Shown piece after piece: positions 23,550 through 35,787 of a stretch of 64,000 nucleotides of DNA. Origin of the DNA: Callorhinchus milii. Taxonomy: Eukaryota. Under the pieces are notes generated by a model. The model ran no database searches. It was not told the origin of the DNA and was given only the letters and a program-made list of their open reading frames with translations. A program made the position numbers and the translations under genes. How positions within the stretch are numbered: position 1 is the first letter of the stretch; each line of letters starts with the position of its first letter. The stretch covers positions 99,450,001-99,514,000 of the forward strand of contig NW_024704743.1 in NCBI RefSeq assembly GCF_018977255.1. The letters are read 5' to 3'.

Positions 23550-23870
23550 TTCTCATTCGGTAGCATGCTCACCTCTGGAGTCAGAAGGTTATGGGTTCAA
23601 GTCCACGTTGGAACTTTGACCTCACAAATTCTAGGCTGATGCTCCAATGCAGTGTGAGGGGATTGCTTTATTGTCGGAGGTGTCGCCCTTCGGATGAGAC
23701 CTTAAACCAAGGTCCTGTCTGCTGTTCAGATGGACATTGAAGATCCCATGGCACTATTTGAAATGACTAGGATGTTTCGCAATTCTAGACAGTCCCTAGC
23801 CAATGATCCCTGAAAAAAATTGGTCATTTACTTCATAGTTGTTTGTGTAACATTTCTGTGTGCAAATTGG
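23550..23870 (+). mobile_element. SINE family B, decayed
   Basis: tRNA-like head, then GTCGGAGGTGTCGCCCTTCGGATGAGACCTTAAACC...AAGATCCCATGGCACTATTTGAA. Confidence 0.8.
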
Positions 23871-24439
23871 AAATTTGCTCTAATCTCAACTCAGTAGATT
23901 TATTCCCGTAACATTAGAGATTCCTCAGCCTAATAACTCATGAGTATAAAAAATTATAATTCCATGGACCTGCCAATGTTTCAAGGAGTAGATATTAATA
24001 TTTTAATTAAATGTTCTTATGTTATCATTACAATGTCATTTGTGGAAAAACTGAAGTGCTTCCAAATGTTGATCAGTCACCTGTAACAAATTGCAAGTGC
24101 ATAGTCAAATGATTAAGCAATCATAATTTGTTGCCTTTATGATGCTTAATAAGGGGATAAAGACTCAAAATAAATGTCAGAGGAATCAGCCCTGCATCTA
24201 GTTAAGCAGTCTGAGGATGGGTGAGCCAGTCTGTGGCTAGAGGATTGATTTCAAATTGAACCAAAACAACCCAAACACGTTACATGGTGGCACGTGGGGT
24301 GGTACAGTGACATATCAACTTGTCACACTGTGACACAGAACAGGTGGGTGTGCACCTGCAGCCTTTGGTGAATCTCCAATCACAGCCATCTCAGGGGATG
24401 CTTCCTTCCAGGATAGAGTGGAAAATCAGCGAAAATTAT

Positions 24440-24813
24440 GTGGTGTCCTATAGTGTGGTGGTTAGAGCATTTGCTACAGAAGAGAGAGGGCCCGGGTTTG
24501 ATTTCCGGGCACGACAAAACCTTAGGCAAGTTTCCTTACTCCACACGCCTCTGTTTTCCTAGTAGTCAGTAGGAACCCAGTTGTTAGTCAATTGGTAAAT
24601 TTCTTTTCCGGAATAATAATGCCTTCAAAAAATAATAATAATGTGGTCACTCAATCCACACCTGTTTGTAGGATACTGCTGTGGGCAATTGGCTACCGCA
24701 TTTGGCCCACAAAATATACAGTTAATTCACTTTACATTGTATTCTTTGAATGGCTTTGAGACAGCTCAAAGATGTGATAAGGCGCTATATCAAATGCAAG
24801 GATTATTATTATA
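24440..24813 (+). mobile_element. SINE family A, long variant
   Basis: Family A head and tail with an extra ~60-bp segment (CTGTTTTCCTAGTAGTCAGTAGGAACCCAGTTGTT...), also present in 59972-60320. Confidence 0.8.
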
Positions 24814-26010
24814 ATTACACCATAGTCTGCACTTCCATCACCTCCCAGCAGTAGTTAGAAAGTAACATTACCAGTAGCATTCTCAGGTGAACAATTTTGC
24901 ATTTAACATGGGAACTAAAGAAAAAAGACAAAACAAGAGATTTGGGGAGTACAATATGCTCCCTTAAAACCATGCTATGGTTCTTGTTACCCCTCCAGCT
25001 TTCCTTCCTCAGCCATAGTGCTAATGTAGGTTCTCAGCTGATGTAATCAAACCTTCAAAAATGTCACTCAGAAGTTCACCACCAATGTGTGAGCAAGAAC
25101 AGTCTAGGAACAATTCTCTTTCATTCTCCTTATCTTTTGGAGAATTATCATTTCATCATTGAGAATCCCAGTTGATTGTCCATGGTCCGTAATGCAGGCT
25201 ATCAGTTGAGAGAACATGAAATAAACTAGCAAGGAGTTCTTTGTGATGCTTATCTTGGGTTTTAAAGGCTAGTAGCTGGAACTGAGATTGGGAACTAAGT
25301 GGATTGAAGAGATATGCTTTGCAGCTCATCACTTTATTGGAACACTATTTGAGTGTATAGTGCTATGAAGCAGCATTCTGGTTTAAGGTTAATATTAATA
25401 ACAATCTTTGCATTTCATATAGTACCTTATCATGTTGTTGAATGTCTCAAAACACTTCACAAGATTTACTGTAAAGTGTATGCGTAGGCAAGCACGGCAG
25501 GCAATCTGTGCACAACAATGTCACAGCCATGATGTGAATGATCAATTTTATCTGGAGGATTGTTGAAAGGACACCATTTGCATCACCTTACTCAACACGA
25601 CTACTTTCCCTACATTACATTTGATTCTGATTATTTTCTCCATTTAATACCTTTCCTCCCACGTCCGCCTCCAGTACTATTTTAAATGCAGTATTTCTCA
25701 ACTGAAGTCAATATATTTGGTCCACTTTATGGCTTCTGGATTGTTTGTAACCATTCACATAATTTATCACTTTCCAAACCACACTGATTTGCTAAATTCT
25801 CTATTAAATTCTCTTTATACCATCTCTCAAGACGTTATTTGAAGCCAATTATCTTATTCAGCACTCTATTTCATCATTCCGCCAATGACATGATTGGTGG
25901 CTTAGATTTTATGTTGCAGTTTTATTATCAACCTCATAATTATATCCTCATATGGTATGTTTGGTAGGATAATTATTTATATCACTGGCCTCCAACATGA
26001 ACAATAGATT

Positions 26011-27985
26011 TCAAATCCTACTGCTCCGCCCTCGCCTTCGCTAAATCGTTGTTCTACTCGAAGTTAATCTTTGAGGTTAAGGACAACACCAAGCTCCTCT
26101 TCTCCATCACGAACAGACTCCTCCACCCACCCTCTCATGCCTCACCCATTCTCACATGAGATGCCAACTGAGAGGCGATGCTGGACTTCCTTGAATCCAA
26201 AGTCGAGGGAATCCGCTCAGCTGCCTCTGCCACTGCAACTGCTATCCCCTCTTCATCTCCTCCTCCCACCCCAGCCCCTATCCATCCCTCCCTCCACACC
26301 TTTGAACCCATCTCCCCCTCCTCTCTCATCACTACCATAACCGGAAAGATACCTGCTCCCTCAACCCCATCCCTACCCACTCCTTGCCTTTCAGGTCCAC
26401 CTCCTTGTTCCTCTACTCATGACATTGTTAACCTCTCCATGCCTTCTGGTACTGTTCCTACCCCTTTAAAAATGATGTCATCATTCCTATCCTTAAAAAT
26501 CCCTCCTTGGACCCTTCTCTACTCCTTAACTACCGCCCTATCTCCAACTTCCCCTTCCTCTCCAAGGTCTTCGAACAAGTTGTTGCTTCTCAGCTTCCTC
26601 CTTCCTCTCCCGCCATTCCCTTCTCAAACCCCTCCAATTAGGCTTCCGTGCCGCCCAGAGCACAGAAACAGCCCTGGTCAAAGTGACAAATAACATTCTG
26701 TCCATCTGCGACCAGGGCTCCCTCTGCCTCCTCGTCCTCCTTGACCTCTCTGCTGCTTTCGACACCGTCGACCACTCTATCCTCATCCACCGCCTCTCCT
26801 CTCAACTCAATCTCCACGCCGCTGTCCTTGATTGGTTCAGATCGTACCTCTCACACCGCCTGCACTTCATCTCCTCAAACAGCTTCTCCTCTAGCCCCTG
26901 GACCATCTTGTGTGGCGTTCCTCAGGGCTCTGTCCTTGGTCCCATCCTCCAACATCTATATGCTCCCTCTTGGTGACATCATCTGCAGACATGGGGTCAA
27001 CTTCCACATGTTTGCAGATGACACCCATCTCTACCTCTCTGCCTCCACCCTTGACTGCAGGATCACTGCTGTCCTGACAGAATGTCTGTCAGACATCAAG
27101 TCCTGGATGAGAGCTAACTTTCTTCAGTTGAACGTCAACAAGACCGAGGCTCTCTAGATTGGCTCCCGTTAGCGCCTCCTCACCTCAGGCGCTGACAGCA
27201 CCACCATCCATGGTATCACACTCCACCTTGCTAAACAAGTCCGGAAACTTGGGGTCTTGTTTGACCCTCAACTATCCTTTCTACCCCACATCTGTGCCAT
27301 GACCCGCTCTGCCTTCCCCCACCTCCGCAACGTCACCCGGCTCCGACACTGTCTCACGCTGCAGGCCCCCGAAACCCTCGTACACACCTTCATTACATTG
27401 AGGCTCGATTATGAAACTCACCTCTTGTCGGCCTCCCCAACTCCTCCCTCCATAGGATGCAGATCATCCAGAACTCTGCAGCCCACGTCCTTTCCCGCAC
27501 TAGGCTCCACAAGCCTATCACCCCCATCCTTGCCCAACTCCACTGGCTTCCCATCACACAGAGGATACAGTTCAAGATCCTTGTCCTCACCTTCAAAGCC
27601 CTCCACGGTCTTGCTCCTCTTTACCTCTCTGACCTCCTAACCGCCGACCACCCTGTTCGCTCTCTCTGCTCAGTGGGCTCCGGTCTGCTTCACGTTCCCC
27701 CACCTTGCTCGCCTCACTATCATCAAGGGGGCCTTCTGTCACTCTGCACCCACCCTCTGGAACTCCATCCTGCAGTCCCTCCATCTTGCCCCCTCCCTCA
27801 CCACCTTCAAGACCAACCTCAAGATCCTCCGCTTCGACTATGCTTTCGATCTCCCTGCTTACACCCCCTCTCCCTCCTCCCCACCGACCCTTAGCTCGGG
27901 TCCGTAACTCTGTCTGTTCAACGTCTTCGGATGTCCTCCCAACTTGAAAGGCGCTATACAAATGCAATTTTATTGTTGTTGTTAT
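26011..27985 (+). mobile_element. L2 relic, ~2 kb, tether through RT to 3' tail
   Basis: NYRPISNFPFLSKVFEQVV; LLVLLDLSAAFDTVDHSIL; GVPQGSVLGP; FHMFADDTHLY; LHWLPITQRIQFKILVLTFKALHGLAPLYLSDLL. Frameshifted. Confidence 0.93.
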
Positions 27986-28914
27986 TGTAGATTTATTTCC
28001 AGCTGTTTTCAAAATGTAACCAACCACCTCTGCACTGTAATCACCTCAGCACCTGGTAAACTGCAACATTAACCTTTTCTGTGTATGTCCGTCTCTATCC
28101 ATTTGTCCAATAATGGAAACCTCTTAAACTTAGTTGCTTTTAATTAGTTAATTCAGTGGAGGAATAGTGGATGATACTCAGGCTAAACTATATAGATGGA
28201 TTCACCTTATTAAAAGTAAACGTTCCTTTGGATTCAATATCAAAATCCTTTGGTCTAAACTGGCAACTAATAAAATTCATAAGTCTTCATTGGGAAATGA
28301 TGAAAAGTTCTAGCTAAATACATCAATGATGGTTGTGAAGCATTTGCATAAGAATGATATCTAATGAAGTAATTAAACAGGAGCAAATAAAATGCTGGCA
28401 TTTGGGGTCTCCATAACTTTAACACAATTTCAAATCCTCCAATTCTGCCTTTTAACTGAAGCCATATACAGTACCAGTCAGGTCATTACCCTTGTACTCT
28501 ACAGATAAAATGTGGTCAATCTCCACACAATTCAAAACCCTGTGAAACTATTTATTCACCTCTGAGATTGAATTTCAATCCATTCCAGATGTATGGGATA
28601 AAATTCTTCTCTCCGTGATGCCTGCCAGGGACCCAAATAAAATTAGTTTGGTTATTCTGAGACTATGAGGTTGAATTTTTATCTGGCACATCACTAATGT
28701 TAAATAAAATGGGAGGTGTCATTTGTTGGGTAAAAGAAACAAAGCAGTGTTAATGTATGCACAAGTTTTGAAGCCCTTTTTTGAGGAATAAAAGGATAAA
28801 TTTGTTAAAACCATTAATTATGCCATATGAAGTGCTTGGCATCAGCTGAGTGTTCATTTAGTCACTGATTTTAATCCTCTTGAACAGCTTTAACTCCAGG
28901 ATTTAATTTTATCC

Positions 28915-29112
28915 TGTAGTCCTGTAGCTCAGTGGTTAGGGCAATTGCCTTGGAAGCGAGAGACCTGGGTTCGATTCCCGGCAGGGCAAAACCTTGGGCA
29001 AGTTTCCTTACTCCATATGCCTGATACTAATCCCTCAAGATAAAAACATAAAACAATAATTTGGTCACTCAAGCCAAGAGTGTTTGTGGGACACTGCTGT
29101 GCGCAACTGGCT
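28915..29112 (+). mobile_element. SINE family A, 3'-truncated
   Basis: Head and body match; ends after GCTGTGCGCAACTGGCTG. Confidence 0.8.
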
Positions 29113-29496
29113 GTACCTCACACTGATAAATTCATCTGTCTGCAACTATTACGCTGCCAGAACAGACACAATTCTGATTTATCTGTTCCTGGATTTAGAC
29201 TTTGGGGAAAAAGTTGTGACATATTCAAGGCTGGAGGAGTTCTCCCTCAAAGCAACCAGTATTGAGAGCAAAGCAATAAACATGCAACCTTCATTCAATA
29301 ACTTTTTTTTCCAAATAGTACAAATTGCGTAGACCTTGACTAGAGAAGGGAGGAGGACTGAAATGGAAGCTGGGAGAATTCTTAGTTGCGTCATTTTGCA
29401 GATGATCAGTATTCTGTGAAGATCTTCTCCATAGATAGGACCTTCTCTACAGAAAGATCCTTTTACACGGAAAAGACTTCCACTGAAAATACCTTC

Positions 29497-29818
29497 TTGT
29501 AGCTCAGTGGTTAGAGCACTCGCTTTGCAAGTGAGAGACCTGAGTTCAATTCCAGACAGGGCGAAATCTTGGGCACGTTTCCTTACTCCACACACCTAAT
29601 AATAATCCCTCCAAAAAACAAAACAATAATAAATTGGTCATTTTCAATCCATGACTGTTTGTGGGACATTGCTGTGCGCAATTGGCTGCCGAGTTCACTC
29701 ACACATATACAGTCAATTCACTTTACAGTATATTCTGTGAAGCACTTTGGGACGTCTAGAAGCTGTGAAAAGTGCTATATCAAATGCAAGGATTATTATT
29801 ATTAATATTATTATTATT
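29497..29818 (+). mobile_element. SINE family A, nearly full length
   Basis: Matches the family A sequence; TAGAA loop variant. Confidence 0.9.
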
Positions 29819-29854
29819 CTCTATGGAAGGAACCATTTAGAACTCTGCAGTTCG

Positions 29855-30315
29855 TGTTCTCTCCTGTACTAGGCTCCATGAGGCTATCATCCCAATCCTC
29901 GGCCATCTCTACTGGCTCTGCATCTCCTAGAGAATCGAGTTCAAGATCCTTATCCTCATTTTTAAAGCCCTCCACGATCTTGCCCCATCCTACCTCTGTG
30001 ACCTTCTAAAACCCTACTGATCTGCCCACCTTCAGCTTTTCTGCCCCCCACAAACCACCCCCGTCCCCCAGGCCGCTCCTCTCTGGAACTCCATCTTAGA
30101 GTCTCTTCACCTCGTCTCTTCCCTTGCCTCCTTCAAAGTCTGTCTCAAGAACTTCCTTATTGACCATGTCTTTAGTCATCCTTCCACGCCTACCAGCCTT
30201 GGTCCCCACACCTCCTGAATTCAACTGCCTGCTCCGGTGCAAACCCTCAACTGTCCAGCACCTTGGGGGATGCCTTCCGAATGTGACAGGCGCTATATAA
30301 ATGCAATTTGTTGTT
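29855..30315 (+). mobile_element. L2 3' end, decayed
   Basis: RIEFKILILIFKALHDLAPSYLCDLL plus tail stem-loop. Confidence 0.8.
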
Positions 30316-31529
30316 CTTTGTTCTTTTAACTTTCAATCCTGTTCCCTAACACAAGATTTACCTACCATTCTGACTACTTTGAATTGATAAATGATTAAGT
30401 GCAATAAAGAAAAATGATCTCTCTAGAGGACATTGAGAAGTGACTGAAACGATCTCAGCAATCCTCGCAGTCGATATCTGAGGAGAGTTAATGGCAAAGC
30501 ACTTGTACAACCAGGACATCATTTCAGATTTGACAAGCAATTTCACAGACTTCTTGTGTACTAAGAAGACTAAATAAGACATACTGAGATTGCATTGTAA
30601 CTCTCACTACCTCATAAATTTGCTAATCTAATGGCAACTTGTTTTTTTTATCAATATCAAGAAACATTCTACAAGCAGAGTACATGAAGTGGTCAGATAT
30701 TCTTACAACCAAGTGGTTTCATCAGTTGAAAAAGTATCCTGATCATCTTACCTTGTCAAACTCACAGTCTTCTCCAGAAGCTATAATATTTGGCAATAGA
30801 GGTATAAATTGAGTCTTTTTGTAATAATGGCTTCAAAAGTTATAATCATCTGAAAGAGGAATCTGGCAGTAAACTTTTTATTTTGTCCATTTTCCTCTTA
30901 CAACTCTTCTTTACAACCAGCGCCTTGGGATGTCATGTTGACGTGAAAGGCGCTATAAAATGTAATTTTGTATTGTATTGTTTTGAGGCTGTATTTTCCT
31001 GCAATGAGGAATGTGTTCATTGCAAGAAAATACAGACAAATATGTTCTGCAAGAGGTGTCAGCTGGTTCAGTTGGTAACATTTGTTTGTGCTTCTGAATC
31101 AGATGGTTATAGGTTCAAGCCCTACATCATCATTTTGACCTCACAAGAGAGGCTGACGCTTCAGTGTAGTGCTGGGGGAGCACTACATTTTCTTAAGGTA
31201 CTTAATGAAATAGAAAGACTAAACCTAGAACAATACCTTCAGTTTTGGCAAGGCGGCAATAGGAAGGGTTATGAAGGACAATTTTAAGACTGACACCAAA
31301 AACTCTCTCTTTACGCAGAATGTAATCAGCAAGCACTCCCTACTATGTGGAGCTCCATCTGGACTGAGTTGTGTCTGATAAATCAGAGGATTTATTAAAC
31401 ATAAATTAGCCTGCACCGTTAGAATGCTTAAACATCATAACCAAAAACACAGAGACAATTTTGTTTTATATGCACAATGGGTTCTTAAATCATGCAATGA
31501 GGTTGAAACGGAATTCATAATAGCTTTGA

Positions 31530-31892
31530 AATAATAATAATCCATACATTTGATATAACACCTTTCACATTGGGAGGACATTTCCCTGGATATACTGCAA
31601 AGAATAATTACTGTGTGTTTTGTGGCAAAAAATGTAACTTGTGCACAAGAATGTCCCACAAACAGTCATGAAATGAGTGACCAATTTTTTTCGGGGAATT
31701 ATTGGCCAGAACACTGGAATAAACTCCCTTCTCTATTTGAATAATGCCAGGAGATTTTTAGTGTCCATCCGAACTGGCGACAGGGCCTTGGTTTAATGTC
31801 TCATTCGAAGGACGGAACCTCCAACAGTGCAGCACAATCCACGCATTCTGACTCAGAGGTAAGAGTGCTACCAATTAAGCCAAGATGACACA
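31530..31892 (-). mobile_element. SINE family B, decayed
   Basis: Tail, Deu core and head present in order. Confidence 0.75.
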
Positions 31893-32172
31893 AGGGGAAT
31901 TATACAAATATTTGATAAAGTATAATAGAGTATGGGAAAGGGGAAGGGGACAGAATAGATTGTTCTTTCAGAGAATTCTACCAGTTCTCTGAAATTAAAA
32001 TGAACCGATGCCCCAAATGCTAATTTTTAAAAAAAATCCAAGTCAACAATCGACGTTGGAAGCAGACAGATTGCAAGTCATTAACTTATACATTTCATTC
32101 ATCACCACAAATTTGGAGCCAACATATATGTACCAGGTGGAGGGAAAGACGTTCCCTCCACCTGGTACGTAT

Positions 32173-32470
32173 GTGTCAGCCTGGCTCAGTTGGTAGCACT
32201 CTAGCCTCTGAGTCAATGTGTTCAAGCCCCATGTTGGGACTTTGAGACTGGCACTCCAGCACAGGGATGGGAGCGCACAACGTTGTTGAAGATGCTGTCT
32301 GTGAGATGAGATGTTAATCTAATGTCCTGTCTATTGGTTCAGGTGGATGCTAAAAATTCTGTGGCACAATTTGACAAGATAAAGCGAGTTTCTCCTTATA
32401 TCCTGTGAAGTACTTTGAGACATCCTCTCAACATGAAGGATGCTATAACTAAGGATCATTGTTATTACTA
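32173..32470 (+). mobile_element. SINE family B, internally deleted
   Basis: TGTCAGCCTGGCTCAGTTGGTAGCACTCT head plus Deu core. Confidence 0.75.
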
Positions 32471-32549
32471 TTATGGACAGAACAGCCCTGTTTTGTTTTT
32501 ACTGAAACTGTAAAAATAATACAAATGATAGGAGGTGCACTCATTGCCA

Positions 32550-33604
32550 TTCTCTGATTGGCGGACATGACATGTGGTGTCCCCTAGGGGTCTGTACTGG
32601 GACCTCAGCTTTTTGTCATATATGTAAATGACTTGGATGAAGGAATAGAAAGTTTTATATCCAAGATTGCAGACGTCACTAAGCTAGGAGCCTCAGTAAG
32701 TTGTGTAGATGGGAGAAGGAAGTTACAAAGGGACTTAGACAGATTAAGTGAGTGGGCAAAGCTGTGGCAGATGGAGTTCAATGTCACGAAGTGCGACGAC
32801 ATCCACTATGGATCAAAAAAAGATAAAGCAGAATATTTTCTTAATGGAGAGAGACTAGAACTGTGGAGGAGCAAAAGGATTTGGATGTCCATATCTACAA
32901 ATCACTAAAAGCTAGTTCCCAGGTGCAAAAAATAATCCAAAAGATGAACGGAATGTTGGCCTTTATCCCAAAGGGCCTGGAATACAAAGGGGAAGAAATG
33001 ATGCTTCAGCTGTATAGAGAGTTAGTCAGACCCCATCTGGAGTACTGCGTTCAGTTTTGGGCACCATACCTCAAGAAAGATATATTGACTCTGGGGAGGT
33101 TGCAGCCTAGGTTCAACAGAATGTTACCAGGCCTTAAAGGGTTAAGTTACGAGGAAAGGCTGCATAAACTTAGATTGTATTCCCTTGAGTTTAGAAGGTT
33201 GAGCGGTGAATTGATTGAGGTATTTAAGATGATAAAGGGATTCGATAGGATAGATACAGAGAAGCTATTTCCTCTGGTGGGGGACTCCAAACAAGGGGCA
33301 TAGTCCTAAAATTAGAACCAGGTCATTTAAGAGTGAAATCAGGAAGTATTTTTTCACTCAAAGGGTGTTAGAAATCTGGAACTCGCTCCCCCAAAAGGCT
33401 GTGGATGCTGGATCCATCCACACCTTCAAGAGTGAGGTTGATAGAATTTTGGTAGGTCAGGGTATCAAGGGATACGGGGAAAAAGCGGGAAATTGGAATT
33501 GACAGGATTAGTTGAGGTACGGATCAGCCATGATCTAATTGAATGGTGGAACAGGCTCAAAGGGCTGAATGGCCTACTCCTGTTCCTATGTTCCTATGTT
33601 CCTA
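32550..33604 (+). mobile_element. CR1 RT-to-3' end with (TTCCTATG)n tail
   Basis: GSVLGPQLFVIYVNDLDEG...KIADVTKLG...LQRDLDRLSEWAKLWQMEFNV; LYRELVRPHLEYCVQFWAPYLKKD; 8-bp tail repeat at ~33583-33604. Confidence 0.93.
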
Positions 33605-34139
33605 ATAGTGGGCATTATTGGATCTGTGCTGTCAGAATATGATACAGAAATAAAAAAAAACTTCAGATTAGAATCAGAACATCTGTGATAGATCAAGAGC
33701 TGGAAGCAATTGTGGTAGAAGTAATGAAAAATAAAGATGCTTTATTTCGCAACTGCAACTAAATGGTCCCACTCATGTGTGTGTCTTTTAGCACTGTGGA
33801 AGAGTATTGTCGACAAACTAAATATGAATCGACTTTTGAGGCAGATTGCCACTGACATCCCGAAATGCAGAATGACCTGAAGCAGGTATTAAAGCATCTA
33901 AGGACAGGAAATGGAGAAGAAAACTGCATTTATTGCTCAGCTGACTAAGAAAAGGTTAGTCTTTGTTTTCAGGTCCAAGCAAATAAACAACTGTAGCCCA
34001 CCTCACCTGTTAGCAGCAAAGTAACTTTAAACACATTTCTTGACATTGCTGTCTCATTTATAGAACAAAATCTGCATGGGGAAGAGTGGGTAAGAAAGAG
34101 AATGAGACATAAGCATACGCCCACACCACACAGGACAAT

Positions 34140-34345
34140 GATAACAACAACATGCATTTATATAGCACTCTTCACAAAGATGAATGTCTTGCAACGCTTT
34201 ACAATGGCTGGGTAGATGCATAGCCCCATGTGGGGTGGGGGGGAGTGGGGGGAAAGAGGTGACCATAGGCACAGTCGAAGAAGTAGATTTCAAGACAGTA
34301 CTTGTAGACTAGTAGAGAGGAAGCAAGACGGAAGGTTGAGGGAGA
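34140..34345 (-). mobile_element. L2 3' end fragment
   Basis: CAACAACATGCATTTATATAGCAC tail and CAGTCGAAGAAG body motif. Confidence 0.65.
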
Positions 34346-35473
34346 GACTTCCAGAGGTTTGACAAGATCTTTACTATGAAGTGCAGTTACTGTGTATTTA
34401 ATAGCTAAATGCAGCAGCCAATGTGTGCTCAGTAATGTCCCATAAATACCCATGAAGTGGATGATCAATTTTATGTGGGAGATTGTTGGCCAAGACTCTG
34501 GAAGAAACTCCCTTCTTATATGATAGTAAAGAGTTCTTCCTCTCCTCACCACTACCATCCCTTCTCTATGTTTTTTAAGTGGAAAATTGCCCATGAATGA
34601 AAAGTCATCACCACTCCAGGAGTTACGAGTTATTGGGAGGTTGTGTTATATGTGACCATGTGTCAATCCCCTATCTCTTGTGAGAGTATATAAAACTGTG
34701 AGCAAAGCTCTTAAGAAATATAAACATATGTGGTGGTATCACAGACATACTGCTGGCCTGTCTCCCCTATTCAATCTCCTACCATTACCAGTACTCCTTT
34801 CTCAAAGTTCGGGTGAGAAGCAAATGGTAGTCTTGTCTTGTTGTTGTGCTATTGGAGGAAACAAGAGATCGACAGACCTCACGTTGTACTTTGATCACCA
34901 TCTGTAAAATCTAAACAATAGGAACACCGTTTTAGGAAGCCAAATACGTGTTCTTTCACTATCGCTGTAGATTGTGTACCCTATTTCAGCTGTGTTGTGC
35001 TGAGGTTGTGGATTTGACATTGAAGCCAATGAGTGACAGCTTCAGACTGTCATGAATGTAACCTGAGAAGGAATGAATAGCATTAAATACATAGAATACA
35101 AACACAAGGACACAGACATCCCTTGGGTAGTTACTCGCCTAGCAACCAGCGACCAGTCGTTTCTTCTTCCTGAAACCTCCTGCCTAGGCCAGACATTTAA
35201 TGGATAAATGTCATGGCTTACACTAGAGTAATTGGCACATGCATTCGTGACAACACGCTTACAATCACGTACCACCTTCACTTTTAGTAAAGAGAAACCT
35301 TTCTTATTAACCCTCACTGTACTGTGGATAGGTTATGCACTTGCAATTCCATCATGACAATTTTATCTGGTGATACTGATAATTTAGTGGATAACTATTT
35401 ACTGTTTTAAGTCTTTAATTGGAGGGAAACATGCTCTTTGGTACTGTTTATTACTTATTCCATGTATTATTAT

Positions 35474-35787
35474 GTGGAGTCCTGTAGCTCAGTGGTTAGA
35501 GCACTAGCCTTGCAGGCGAGACACCTGGGTTCAATTCCAGGCAGGGCGAAACCTTGGGCAAGTTTCCTTATTCCACATGCCTAATAATAATCCCTCCAAA
35601 ACAAAACAATAATAAATTGGTCATTTTCAATCCACGACTGTTTGTGGGACACTGCTGTGCGCAATTGGCTGCCGCGTTTCGCCCATAAATACATAGTCAA
35701 TTCACTTTACAGTATATTCTGTGAAGCGCTTTGAGACGTCTAGAAGACGTGAAAAGCGCTACATCAAATGCAAGGATTATTATTATT
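35474..35787 (+). mobile_element. SINE family A, full length (TAGAA loop subfamily)
   Basis: A and B boxes, body, GCGCTTTGAGACGTCTAGAAGACGTGAAAAGCGC stem-loop, (ATT)n. Confidence 0.92.
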
